A stretch of 32,000 bases of DNA from Comamonadaceae bacterium M7527 (GTDB taxonomy: Bacteria; Pseudomonadota; Gammaproteobacteria; Burkholderiales; Burkholderiaceae_C), in contig CP087990.1 in assembly GCA_021044545.1 (NCBI GenBank), positions 2,071,038-2,103,037 of the forward strand, given 5' to 3'. Under the pieces are notes generated by a model. That model worked only from the letters and a program-made list of their open reading frames with translations, was not told the DNA's origin and made no database searches. Shown piece by piece: positions 13,965 through 23,234 of this stretch. The translations under genes were made by a program, and so were the position numbers. Numbering within the stretch: the stretch's first letter is position 1; each line of letters opens with the position of its first letter.

Positions 13965-14282
13965 CTAAGACGATCCTTCAAGCTGCTTCAAGTACTGGCG
14001 CACTTGGATAACACCGCGTTTGCTCAGACAGTAGTACTTCGCACGCTTGTCATGTCCATGTTGACGCTCTATGAGCTCAAGGCGCTCCAAGCGTTCCACG
14101 CTTCGCTTGAGTGTTGGCAAGGATGATTGGCACATCACATTTAAAGACTTGAGCATGAGCGCAGACGGATGAACGCGAAACAGTTCAAGCAGAACTGTTA
14201 ACTCGTCACGTCTACTGACTGCCAAAACGCTTCGTTCAAACGATTGCGCTGACAAAACTCTTGCAGCTGTCTCAAAAAACAT
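13965..14282 (-). CDS. Small winged-helix DNA-binding protein (copy 2)
   Basis: Identical translation to 5045..5362. Confidence 0.6.
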   Translation of the reverse strand: MFFETAARVLSAQSFERSVLAVSRRDELTVLLELFRVHPSALMLKSLNVMCQSSLPTLKRSVERLERLELIERQHGHDKRAKYYCLSKRGVIQVRQYLKQLEGSS

Positions 14283-14462
14283 GCTGCGATGATGCAGTCA
14301 TTTCATGGTCAAAGTAAAAACTAAATGCAAAAACAGTATTTCAATAAAAAACAAAACGTTAAAAGATTTTTATGCTGATACATCACTGTTTTCGGCGCTA
14401 AATATTGCTAGACGCTATGTTTACGAGCTTACGCTAGGCGCTGTTTTTAGAACGACTTAGCA

Positions 14463-14576
14463 ATGAAAAAAATCAAATTTACCTTTGGAGCAAAGCTCGC
14501 TCTTGTGTCTGCTGTTGTTGGTTTTGGTGCCTCAGTGTTCTTTCTAATAAAAGAGATCACTAGAGGTATGGCATGA
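14463..14576 (+). CDS. 37-aa membrane micropeptide (copy 2)
   Basis: Identical sequence to 5543..5656. Confidence 0.5.
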   Translation: MKKIKFTFGAKLALVSAVVGFGASVFFLIKEITRGMA

Positions 14577-16117
14577 ACGAGCAGCGATTTGAGTCTTCAG
14601 ACGAAATTGATCTAGGTAGGTTCTTTACTAACCTTTGGAGTAAACGGCTAGTCGTTGTTGTGTTTGTGGTTCTTGGCTTTGCTGTTGGTGGTGTGCAAGG
14701 ACTCTTTTCGCAAGCAAGCTCATTCACCAACACGGTTGCTACTGTGCATGTCAAGCTGAACTTCAAAGGTGCAGAGCTTGGCGAGTATCCAAACGGCTCC
14801 AAGTACGCACCAACAGATGTGATTGCGAGCAAAGTGCTCTCAAGGGTGTATCGAGCAAACAGCCTGGATGACTACGACATTGAGTTGGAGGAGTTTGTAT
14901 CTGCAGTCAACGCTTATCCGTGGATACCTAACCAAGCTGCAATGGACGCTAAGTACGCGGATCTTTTTAGTGAAAAAAAGCTAAGCGCACTTGATCGTCA
15001 AAAATTGGATGAGCAGTATCAACAAGAAACACGAAACAGCAATGGCAGATTTTTGATGCTGCAGTGGAGTGGAGACTCAGCTGCAAAAGTGTCCAAAGCG
15101 GTTGCACAGAAAGTGTTGGCAGATATTCCTAAGCAGTGGGCTTCTGTGAGTATTCAAGAGTACGGCGTGTTGGATCTTGAGGTTGTAGTGCCAAGCAAGT
15201 TGGATCAGTATCTACTTGATACTGCTGAGTACATCGTCGTTGGTGACTACCTACGCGACTTTGCGAGACAATTAAAAGTGGCTGCACTTGCGTTACAGCA
15301 AGATGCTGTCGTAGCAGTTTTAAAAGACGAACAAACTCAAAGCACAGTTGGTGATGTTGGCAAGCTCATACTGAACTTAGAAAACTTTCACTTGAGTACG
15401 CTGCAGCGAACGTTCCTCATTGCGCCGCCACGATCTAACGCTGAGGCGGCAAGTTTGTACTTGAGCAGTCGACAACGAGAGTTAGAAGAAAAAATTGCAG
15501 AAGCCGAGCGCAAGTCTGACGTGATCAATCGCGTCTACCGCGAGTACACGGACAGTGCTGAGACGAAGTCGGCGAGTACTCAAAATGCTGCAGACAAAAA
15601 TGGCAATTTATCGCCTCAAATTGGCGACGACTTCTTGACAAAACTTATGCGTATTGGCGACGAACTATCTGATGCGAAGTACAAGCAAGACTTGCTGAAG
15701 GAGCGCAAAGAGTTGTCTTTTGAAGCCGCTGAGCTTGCAACTGAAAAGCAGCGTATTGAAGCTATTGTTGATGCATTGAGCCAGCCGCGCAGCGTGCAAG
15801 TTATCAGTAATCGTGAGGCACTAGACAAGAGCGTTAGCTACGTGGTGTCTGAGCTCTCAAACTATGCACAGACATTGGACAGAATCAATCTTATGGCACG
15901 TGCTGCAAAGCTAGGGAAAGTTGGCTCGTTGTACGAAGTCATCAGAGCGCCACAAGTGAGCAGTAGCAGCGTTGATGCGCTAAAAGCTGCGGTGAAGAAT
16001 GCGTTGTTTGGTTTGCTTGGTGGTTTGTTTCTTGGAATATTCGTAGCGTTTATTCGCGTTGTGTTGCAAGAGGCACGCTCGCCAAAGTCGTCATCAAACC
16101 ATGTCGTTGCTGTGTAG
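14573..16117 (+). CDS. Wzz/PCP-like two-TM protein (copy 2)
   Basis: Identical translation to 5653..7197. Confidence 0.7.
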   Translation: MNEQRFESSDEIDLGRFFTNLWSKRLVVVVFVVLGFAVGGVQGLFSQASSFTNTVATVHVKLNFKGAELGEYPNGSKYAPTDVIASKVLSRVYRANSLDDYDIELEEFVSAVNAYPWIPNQAAMDAKYADLFSEKKLSALDRQKLDEQYQQETRNSNGRFLMLQWSGDSAAKVSKAVAQKVLADIPKQWASVSIQEYGVLDLEVVVPSKLDQYLLDTAEYIVVGDYLRDFARQLKVAALALQQDAVVAVLKDEQTQSTVGDVGKLILNLENFHLSTLQRTFLIAPPRSNAEAASLYLSSRQRELEEKIAEAERKSDVINRVYREYTDSAETKSASTQNAADKNGNLSPQIGDDFLTKLMRIGDELSDAKYKQDLLKERKELSFEAAELATEKQRIEAIVDALSQPRSVQVISNREALDKSVSYVVSELSNYAQTLDRINLMARAAKLGKVGSLYEVIRAPQVSSSSVDALKAAVKNALFGLLGGLFLGIFVAFIRVVLQEARSPKSSSNHVVAV

Positions 16118-16134
16118 CGTGCCAAAGTCCAAAT

Positions 16135-16168
16135 AAAAAGCCACTAGTGTTGAGCTAGTGGCTTTTTT
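16135..16168. terminator. Bidirectional terminator (copy 2)
   Basis: Identical to 7215..7248. Confidence 0.8.
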
Positions 16169-16183
16169 GTTGTCTGACTAGGA

Positions 16184-16891
16184 CTACTTGCTAGCAGCTT
16201 GTTTGATGCTGTTGAGTGCTGCTCTCGCAGCTGCATTGCCGCGCTGCACTTTTAGCATCAAACGCTGCAAGCTGAACATCACATTCCTAAACGAGCCATT
16301 GTTGCCACTGATGGCAGCTAACAGTTGACTGTCGTTTAAAACCACTTCTGCATCGCTTGCCATGCGTCGAGCGATTGGCAAAAACTCAGCATCTGCTGCT
16401 GCGTTCATCTCTATCAACACGCATCTATCCTTCAAACCCTTGTCTAACGCTGCGATGTTGTTGGTGGTGAGGATGAACACAGCACGCTTGTTGTTGAGCA
16501 CTGTTTTCATGCTGCCTTGTGCGAGCTTGCTCAAGTTATCCACCTCATCAAAAATCAAGTAGTGCAAACCACTCGCATTCAAAGATTGCACGTTCATCAT
16601 CTTTTTCACAGACTCCATAATCGTCGTGTTTGTATGCCCTTGCTGACAGCCAAAAAACTCAGCCTCCATTGCCAACGTGTCTTGTGTCTTGCCAAATTCG
16701 ATAGCAGAAGGTAGCAAGCGTGCAAGCGTTGTCTTACCACTGCCAAATGTGCCATACAGCAAAATGCCACTCTTGCCTTCGTATGGAAAAGGTAAGCTGC
16801 CACTGACAATGTCTTCAATCAGTTCGCGTGATTCGTCGTTTCCAAAGACAATTTCGTCGATGGTGGTAGGGGTATATTCAAATTTGTTCAT
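16184..16891 (-). CDS. Clamp-loader-like AAA+ ATPase (copy 2)
   Basis: Identical translation to 7264..7971. Confidence 0.75.
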   Translation of the reverse strand: MNKFEYTPTTIDEIVFGNDESRELIEDIVSGSLPFPYEGKSGILLYGTFGSGKTTLARLLPSAIEFGKTQDTLAMEAEFFGCQQGHTNTTIMESVKKMMNVQSLNASGLHYLIFDEVDNLSKLAQGSMKTVLNNKRAVFILTTNNIAALDKGLKDRCVLIEMNAAADAEFLPIARRMASDAEVVLNDSQLLAAISGNNGSFRNVMFSLQRLMLKVQRGNAAARAALNSIKQAASK

Positions 16892-16929
16892 GTTTGTCTT
16901 TCGTTTGTTGATTTGTTGGTTGGTTATGT

Positions 16930-17655
16930 TTAAGCTGCTAGCTTGAAAGCTTCAGCGTTTTCGCTGTACATCGACAGCAGTGCAGCGTTCAGTGCAGTCG
17001 CTGAGCGAACGATTGACTTGATTGCAAAGCTGCCATCTGCTTGCTGCTCTGCAATCAGCACACACTCTTCGCCAACATAGTTGCTGTCGCTCATTTCACT
17101 CAGCTGTTTAGAGCTAACGCTTCCAAGTATTGGCATGCTTGAGATATGTTCTTGCATCATTTCTGCTTTGATTTTTGGACTGATGTACGTGGCACTCTTT
17201 GACAAGCGAACTTCTTGTATGCCACCACGCTGTTCAATCCAATCTGCCAAAGCACTTGGCAATACACCTTCCTTCTGTGCACTTCGCAGCACAAGCGAGT
17301 ACGTGCTAACACGTCGTCTGTCTACATCGCCAAATACTGCTTTAACGATACGTGTCATCAGTGGACTTTCACGTTTAACGACTAGCTTGCGTTCCTTTAA
17401 AAACGCTTGCAGTTCATTGGCACGCTGCTTCGCAGCAGACACCTCCAAAGGAGCTCCATAAGACAAGCAGTCAGCAAGTACGCTATACAGCTGTTGGTTG
17501 CTTGTGCGAAAAGCGTTGTTTTGCCATTGCGTGCGTTTGTTCTCCATTGCTTGCAGTGAAGCTGCAGCTGTCATGTCAAATGCTGCCTCATTGGTAGCTG
17601 TTGCTGAAGTGTGTGTGTCGTTTGAAACGACAGCTGATTTGGTGGTAACTTGCAT
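16930..17655 (-). CDS. Unknown 241-aa protein (copy 2)
   Basis: Identical translation to 8010..8735. Confidence 0.65.
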   Translation of the reverse strand: MQVTTKSAVVSNDTHTSATATNEAAFDMTAAASLQAMENKRTQWQNNAFRTSNQQLYSVLADCLSYGAPLEVSAAKQRANELQAFLKERKLVVKRESPLMTRIVKAVFGDVDRRRVSTYSLVLRSAQKEGVLPSALADWIEQRGGIQEVRLSKSATYISPKIKAEMMQEHISSMPILGSVSSKQLSEMSDSNYVGEECVLIAEQQADGSFAIKSIVRSATALNAALLSMYSENAEAFKLAA

Positions 17656-17756
17656 AAAAATCTCCAAAATATCGTGTAAAAAATTATCGTTTGCATTATT
17701 GCTTGCGATGTAATAATTATATTAAAATCAACGTTTTACAGCCATAAACGTCTTAC

Positions 17757-18533
17757 GTGCTAGTATTAGATGTTAAGAATATGAGAAGATATTTTTCAGC
17801 ACCAACTCCACGCTTTGGTAAGCAAAGCAGTCGTTTGTCGATTGGTAATCAGCAGCGCAGCCCTTACTATTGGTGGTGGCAGTACTTGCGTCGTAACGCT
17901 GACTACATAGCGTGCTGTGAGCGTGGTGGCAAAGGTAAGCTTGCAAAGCTCTACGCTGACTTTGGTGACGTTCGAAACGACAACTTCCACGAGTGGTGGA
18001 CAAGTAACGATAGGGGAGTAACGCTATTCGCTGAGCAACATTTGGCAGTGCGTTTTGGCGAGTTGGCAAGCGCTGAGCAGTGGCAAGCTAGTTGGCACGC
18101 TGATGATGTGCTTGTGGTGGCTGTACCTTTGGAGATGAGCAAGCGTTCTATCAAGTCTGCGTTCGGCAAGCTATTAGATAAACGACACACAGACGTTAAA
18201 CGTGGACGTCCATCTATTGCAAAGCTGAAAGAACACAGTACTGCTCTATATGCGCTAGAGCGCAACTACACCATTAATGGTTTGCAAAACACATTGGCTG
18301 TTTATGACTTGTGGATAGACAATCAAGCACGCAGCAAAGCAGATAAATTGGCACTGTGGCAAATAGCTGCAGAGCTGAAGCTAAACAGAGCTGCAATCAA
18401 AGACGCGACGAGTGACGATAGTGGCGATAGATTGAGTGGACGTAACACGCTTGGGGCTACTGTGCACCGCTATGTCACGCAAGCCAAGCGCATCATTGGC
18501 AATACAGCAAAGGGCAAGTTCCCCTTGTCGTAG
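17757..18533 (+). CDS. FseA/DUF6499-like W-rich motif protein (copy 2)
   Basis: Identical translation to 8837..9613. Confidence 0.55.
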   Translation: MLVLDVKNMRRYFSAPTPRFGKQSSRLSIGNQQRSPYYWWWQYLRRNADYIACCERGGKGKLAKLYADFGDVRNDNFHEWWTSNDRGVTLFAEQHLAVRFGELASAEQWQASWHADDVLVVAVPLEMSKRSIKSAFGKLLDKRHTDVKRGRPSIAKLKEHSTALYALERNYTINGLQNTLAVYDLWIDNQARSKADKLALWQIAAELKLNRAAIKDATSDDSGDRLSGRNTLGATVHRYVTQAKRIIGNTAKGKFPLS

Positions 18534-18554
18534 CTGTGTCGTTTTAAACCACGC

Positions 18555-19127
18555 TCAAACCAACTCGACAGCTCTGCGCTTCACATCATCATTGACAGTG
18601 ATGTAACGCTGTGTGGTTGCAATGCTCTTGTGACCAGCAAGTGAAGCAAGCACAAACACGCTGACACCTTGACTTGCGAGTGACGTTAAAAACGTCTTGC
18701 GTCCACTGTGACTGCTTGCACCTTTGATGCCAGCAGCTTTGAACAACCAGTAAAAGTGCTGTGACAGCACGTTGGCGCTGAATCCCTTGCGTGCACCACT
18801 GTAAGTTGTGAACAGTGCTTGCTCCTCCTCGTACCACTTGCGCGAGTTGATGTAGCACTGCAGTTCCTCTTGCAGTCGTGTGCTCACATACACAGTGCGT
18901 GCATGGTTGTGTTTGACGCGGTGAGCACCTAGATATATTTCTGCTCGAACCGTGCCGTTCGCATCGCGTACATCACACAGCTTCAAGTCTGCCACCTCGC
19001 TCACACGCAAACCACTCATCACCATCATCAACAGCATCGCTCTATCGCGTGCTGCAAACTTGCGTGTGCTGATGTAGTCGAGTGTGTGCGCAAGTTCCGC
19101 GCTGGTTAGTGATTTAGCTGCAGCCAT
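18555..19127 (-). CDS. Short tyrosine recombinase (copy 2)
   Basis: Identical translation to 9635..10207. Confidence 0.8.
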   Translation of the reverse strand: MAAAKSLTSAELAHTLDYISTRKFAARDRAMLLMMVMSGLRVSEVADLKLCDVRDANGTVRAEIYLGAHRVKHNHARTVYVSTRLQEELQCYINSRKWYEEEQALFTTYSGARKGFSANVLSQHFYWLFKAAGIKGASSHSGRKTFLTSLASQGVSVFVLASLAGHKSIATTQRYITVNDDVKRRAVELV

Positions 19128-19921
19128 TTGTGTTCCTCAAAGATTTTCAGTGTTGTTAGTGTGTTTTCATTGCCAGTGTTTGAGCAACCAAGTCCGTTCA
19201 ATTTGGCGGTGCTTTGATGAGTTGTAGGTTTTCAACGCACTAGCACTTGGTTCACGAACTTTGTGTGTTCTCTTTGGCTGTGTATTTAGCTGAACGCTGC
19301 TGCGCTCTGCAAGCGTTTTGATATATGTGCTGCTGCTCAGCTCTTCATGCACCTCTTTTATGCGCTTAGACGAAGGATTTGACGTGTTTGCGTGTTGTGC
19401 TCGCTGTGCTCACAAATTCATCTGCAGCTCAAATATTTCTGCTGCGCAAAAAGTTGCGGTGAAGTACTTACAGAAGTGAGGTGGTGATTTGCACTCGGTG
19501 CTGTTTGTGAAGTGCTTACACTTCATTGGCAAGTAAGAGCAAGCAGCTGCTTGCTAGCAGTTCGCTCGTCGCTCTCTGCTGTGCTCTTCTGTCTTTTGAC
19601 ATGACTGTTTTGGAAATGTTTCGAGCAAACGACGGCTATGTCGCACAGTGTGCGAACAGTAGCTGTCGTTGTAGTCTGTTCCGTATAAAGTCCGTCGCAG
19701 TACAAGCATGAGTGAGTTTGACGGAAGACGTATGTATTAAAACTTCCAAACTGCTTCAGCATTGGTTTGCTTTGCAGATACTCAGCGGCACTCTCGTTCT
19801 ACACAGCCTTCATGCCAACTGTGTAGTGATTGCAAAGTCATTAGCCGTCATATTTCCCTTTGCGTTTTTAGCCTTTGATAGCGCAGTGCTTTATCTGCGT
19901 GGTGTTGCCTTGGTGTTTGCC

Positions 19922-20275
19922 TTAGTGTTTGTTCTGTCTGTGCTGCCTGAACAATCGCTTGTTAGCTCGTGTGCAGATGTTGAGCACTTGGTAGGCACGC
20001 TTGTCGCTCAGTCGCGCTCGTTTGCGTTTGTTCTGGATGCACTTGAGGTAGTCGCCGAGTACCGTAGCTTGCTTACTGTCTATAAGCTCAAGCTGCGCAT
20101 GCTCTGCGTGAATGCCAAGTGTTCGCTTCGCAGCTGCTTGTGCTTTAAGGAGTAGTGCGTCTGTCGTTGCAAACGTCGCTGCAGCTAAGCCTCTTTGCTT
20201 TAGCCACGCATCAGTTGCTTCAGTGTCACGCAATGCACTTACTCGAATTTGATATTGCTGTTCTTGTTTGTTCAT
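19922..20275 (-). CDS. Possible RHH-like protein (copy 2)
   Basis: Identical translation to 11002..11355. Confidence 0.4.
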   Translation of the reverse strand: MNKQEQQYQIRVSALRDTEATDAWLKQRGLAAATFATTDALLLKAQAAAKRTLGIHAEHAQLELIDSKQATVLGDYLKCIQNKRKRARLSDKRAYQVLNICTRANKRLFRQHRQNKH

Positions 20276-20456
20276 GCAAGTATTTAGCATCTGCCAAACA
20301 AAACCTTGGCGAAACTGAAGCGTTGTTTGGCAATAAGTGCTGCAGTGCAGTGCAGTGCATGTGTGGCACTTTGACGCTCATCGCCTTTTTCGGTTGCTCA
20401 AGTTGTGGTGGTGACAACACACTAGCTGTATTGCAACTGCATAGGAACACAGCAAC

Positions 20457-20897
20457 ATGACAGCAACACTTGGCACTCTAAAGCTCACAGCAGCACAAAA
20501 GCCCTCGCACGTAACTCCAATACAGCAGCGACGCAACAAACTGGCGAAGCGTTTGTTCGAGCAAGCTGAGTTGGCGAAAGCCCAACAACTCGGCTCAACA
20601 TACAAACCAATCAAGTTCAAGACTGTTACGGACGCAGATGGTATGCGAAAGCAAGTGGAGCAGTACAAGACAGTGAAGGCGTGGTGGTTTACGGCAGACA
20701 ACGGTAAGTTGGCACTGAGCGTGCGCTACGGTACAAAAGTGCTTGAGCTAGCAAAAGGCAGGTGGAGCGTTGAGGTAGCAAGCACACAAGAGCTTGTGCC
20801 AACGTTAGAGCTGATTAAAGCTGCGGTGCTAAACGGTGAGCTAGATGCTGCAATCGATGTTGCATCAGACAAATTGAAGCTTGGCTTTAAGCGTTGA
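20457..20897 (+). CDS. Hypothetical 146-aa protein (copy 2)
   Basis: Identical translation to 11537..11977. Confidence 0.6.
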   Translation: MTATLGTLKLTAAQKPSHVTPIQQRRNKLAKRLFEQAELAKAQQLGSTYKPIKFKTVTDADGMRKQVEQYKTVKAWWFTADNGKLALSVRYGTKVLELAKGRWSVEVASTQELVPTLELIKAAVLNGELDAAIDVASDKLKLGFKR

Positions 20898-20958
20898 TGC
20901 AAGCGATGCAATCAAAGTCGCTCTGTAGATTGTCTTGTGCTGCGTTGATAAATACTCC

Positions 20959-21273
20959 ATGCAGTACAAGGAATTCAAAACGACATCACAGAGCGCAGCG
21001 CAATCAAAGCCAGCTTCGTCTAGCAGTGATGCTGCCAGCAACACAAAGCAAGGCAGCAAGCAGCGTGCAGCCAAGCGTGCACGCACTACTGCAAAGACAC
21101 AAACGCTTGCGCAGATGCGCATTCAGCATTTGCAAGACAAAGTCAAACACGCAAAGGCTGAGCTTGCGGCAGAGATTGCAGCGCAGCGTTTGGCGCTATC
21201 CAACAAGCAGCGTGAGCAAAAGCGTAGAGCACTACAGAGGCAGAGTCTGCAAGCTGTACAAGCTGCGAAGTGA
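20959..21273 (+). CDS. Basic coiled-coil protein (copy 2), 4 residues shorter because of the 2-bp deletion
   Basis: Ends ...QAVQAAK, versus ...QAVQAAKREQD in unit 1. Confidence 0.5.
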   Translation: MQYKEFKTTSQSAAQSKPASSSSDAASNTKQGSKQRAAKRARTTAKTQTLAQMRIQHLQDKVKHAKAELAAEIAAQRLALSNKQREQKRRALQRQSLQAVQAAK

Positions 21274-21527
21274 GCAAGACTAAGTGTCTTTCAAAACGTC
21301 ACTTGCACAACCGTAGCAAAACCGCTGATAGCTGCACAGTTACGCTCAAGCAGCTTGTGCAGCTTAGACACGCTAGTGCAGTGCTGAGAGGCATAGTGCA
21401 AATGGTGCGAGCGCAGCAGCAGTGTGCTAAATGTTTTGTAGAAAAAACGTTGCAGAATTTCGCACACCAATCTGTTCCAAAGCAAAATCCAGTTGAAAAA
21501 TTTAACTCTTTCGCACTCTTGTCAGCG

Positions 21528-21572
21528 TTGAAAATCCGCGTGTCGATGGTTCGATTCCGTCCCAGGCCACCA
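21528..21572 (+). repeat. attR: 45-bp partial tRNA-Phe 3' copy, followed by native flanking DNA
   Basis: Exact copy of 3690..3734. The sequence after CCA (agttcaaaagcccc...) differs from the island sequence (aatactcaccg...). Confidence 0.9.
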
Positions 21573-21577
21573 AGTTC

Positions 21578-21612
21578 AAAAGCCCCAATCAGCGATGGTT
21601 GGGGCTTTTTCG
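21578..21612 (+). terminator. Probable original tRNA-Phe terminator, now displaced about 17.8 kb from the gene
   Basis: aaaagccccaa - tcagcgatgg - ttggggctttt: an 11-bp perfect stem followed by a T-run. Confidence 0.75.
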
Positions 21613-21640
21613 TTAGCGCCTTGTTCGTTTTGCAAAGTAC

Positions 21641-22048
21641 TCACGGTATGTGCAAGTTGTTGAGTGCTTGCACTAGCCGATGGCTGGCAAGTTCGGCCTG
21701 GTTTAGTAATTGATTCCAGTCGTCAGGTGGGTGGCCGGTCTCGAGCATCTTTCGAAAGACGCGGTAAGCGTCATCGCTGCTCTCGTAGGCGCGCTTGGTG
21801 TCGTCATCATTGACCCAGGCGTAGACGATCACCTTAGCGCCCGCGTGGTACCGAAAAAACAGGCGGTACTGCTGAAAGAACTTGGCGCGGAACCAGTGCT
21901 TTCGATCTGCGCCCAGTGTTGCGCCCTAACGGTATTCCGCCCGGGAGGGGTCTTGTGGGATCACATCAAACGCCAGCTTGGCAATGGCCGCCAGTCGTTT
22001 GGTGGCGTTTTTCTTGACGTACCCGGCGAAGGCCTTATTGCAAATGAA
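21641..22048 (-). pseudogene. YhaV-family toxin remnant: N-terminal ~45 codons missing, plus an in-frame TAG
   Basis: Hand translation gives ...NKAFAGYVKKNATKRLAAIAKLAFDVIPQDPSRAEYR*GATLGADRKHWFRAKFFQQYRLFFRYHAGAKVIVYAWVNDDDTKRAYESSDDAYRVFRKMLETGHPPDDW. This is collinear with E. coli YhaV residues ~45-150. The frame begins right at the pldA stop, and no prlF-like antitoxin gene is present. Confidence 0.7.
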
Positions 22049-23221
22049 TCACCAGTCCACCAAGCTCAACCCCACCCTGAGTGCCGTGCGTTTGTGGTTG
22101 TAGCTGGTCAGGCTGTCGCCGTAGCCGCTAAACAGTTGCACGTGGTAGCGCAGGCCAGATGCGGCACCCAGTTGTGTGGCCTGGTTGCTGGGTTGTTTAA
22201 ACCAGTCGAGTTGTACAGCGCCTTTGGCGCCAGCGCTTAGGCCATGGCGTGCGGTGATGCCAAGCGATGTTTTGGGTGACAGGGCCCATAAGGCGCTGAC
22301 TTCACCCTTGCCCATGAATGTGCTGATGTCGGGGTTGTCGTCGTGGGCCGGGTTCTCACGCAGGCGGCGCCACAGCTTGGCTTCAATGCGTGAGCCGTTG
22401 GGGTGGTCTATGCCGGCCATCAAAACAGCACGGTTCCAGCTGCGGCTTAGCGGTTGCGTTTGGCCGTTGGATTGGTGGTTGACAGACAAGCCCGCGTAGC
22501 GCCAGCTCCAACCACTGCCCAAGTCGTAGTTGATGGGGTAGATGTACATGATCTCGGGCTCATGGTCGGTGGCCCTGAAGGGGCGCGACAGTTCAGCGTT
22601 GAACAACTGCCAAAACGACTTTTGCGTATAGCCAAACCACAGCGCGTCTTTGCGCACACCGTCACTAACCAGCAAGCCTTTGGCCACCTTCGTACGCACG
22701 CTCAGTTGAATGAGGTTTTCGTAGTTTTGGTAGGGCTGTGCGACAGCTGCCGTGTGGCCTGTTTGGGGTGAGCTGGGCTGTTTGTTCACGTCGGTGGCGG
22801 TAGACCACATGAGGCTTAGCGGTTTGTACCCACGCAGGCCAAACGTGTCGCAATCGGTTTGTGGCGTAAGTTCCCAAAAGCGCTGCAAGGCTGAGGCATT
22901 GTGCTCTGGGTTGTTACTGTCGCAGTTGGTGGCTGGGTTTGGCGCTGCTAAGGCTTTTTCAGCTTGAGCTGTCGCCGGTGTTGCTGTTTTTGTTGGCGTG
23001 ACGGCCGTTGCAGTGGGCGTTAAAACCGTTTGCGCCCAAGCTTGAAAGCAGGCCAGTTGCGCGGCATCGTCGCCCGCATTGAGGCAGGCAGCGCCTATTT
23101 GGCTTGTCGTGCTAGCGGTTGGTGTGGCAGTGGCGGCGTCAACAGGTGCGGCCGATAGGGCCAACACAGTCGTCAACAAAAATGCTGCGACCGCAGTTGG
23201 CACATTGGGTTGTTTTGACAT
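22049..23221 (-). CDS. pldA: Outer-membrane phospholipase A, 390 aa from the ATG at 23221
   Basis: Signal peptide MSKQPNVPTAVAAFLLTTVLALSAAPVDA. YTQKSFWQ and catalytic LSVNHQSNGQTQPLSRSWNR (HxSNG...SRSWNR as in E. coli PldA). GAGGAGG SD upstream. The longer ORF-track start would overlap the rep gene. Confidence 0.85.
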   Translation of the reverse strand: MSKQPNVPTAVAAFLLTTVLALSAAPVDAATATPTASTTSQIGAACLNAGDDAAQLACFQAWAQTVLTPTATAVTPTKTATPATAQAEKALAAPNPATNCDSNNPEHNASALQRFWELTPQTDCDTFGLRGYKPLSLMWSTATDVNKQPSSPQTGHTAAVAQPYQNYENLIQLSVRTKVAKGLLVSDGVRKDALWFGYTQKSFWQLFNAELSRPFRATDHEPEIMYIYPINYDLGSGWSWRYAGLSVNHQSNGQTQPLSRSWNRAVLMAGIDHPNGSRIEAKLWRRLRENPAHDDNPDISTFMGKGEVSALWALSPKTSLGITARHGLSAGAKGAVQLDWFKQPSNQATQLGAASGLRYHVQLFSGYGDSLTSYNHKRTALRVGLSLVDW

Positions 23222-23234
23222 GGTGTGGGCCTCC

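Larger units (their letters stand above)
12655..21572 (+). mobile_element. Integrative island, unit 2 (8918 bp), tandem head-to-tail copy of unit 1
   Basis: All ORF-track translations match unit 1 at an offset of +8920, except the integrase N-terminal two-thirds. The offset becomes +8918 after the 2-bp indel. Confidence 0.9.

Noticed and set aside
3690-21572. CRISPR array or IS/transposon explanation for the large repeat
   Set aside because: The repeat unit is 8.9 kb with complete genes. There are no short repeat-spacer periodicity, no terminal inverted repeats and no transposase. The boundaries coincide exactly with a tRNA 3' segment, which is typical of site-specific integration.
3735-21572. 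The tandem duplication as a pure assembly artefact
   Set aside because: Not fully excluded. However, the two units differ by 43 mostly synonymous substitutions clustered in int, plus one indel. A simple duplicated consensus would not produce that pattern. Read-level confirmation is still required.
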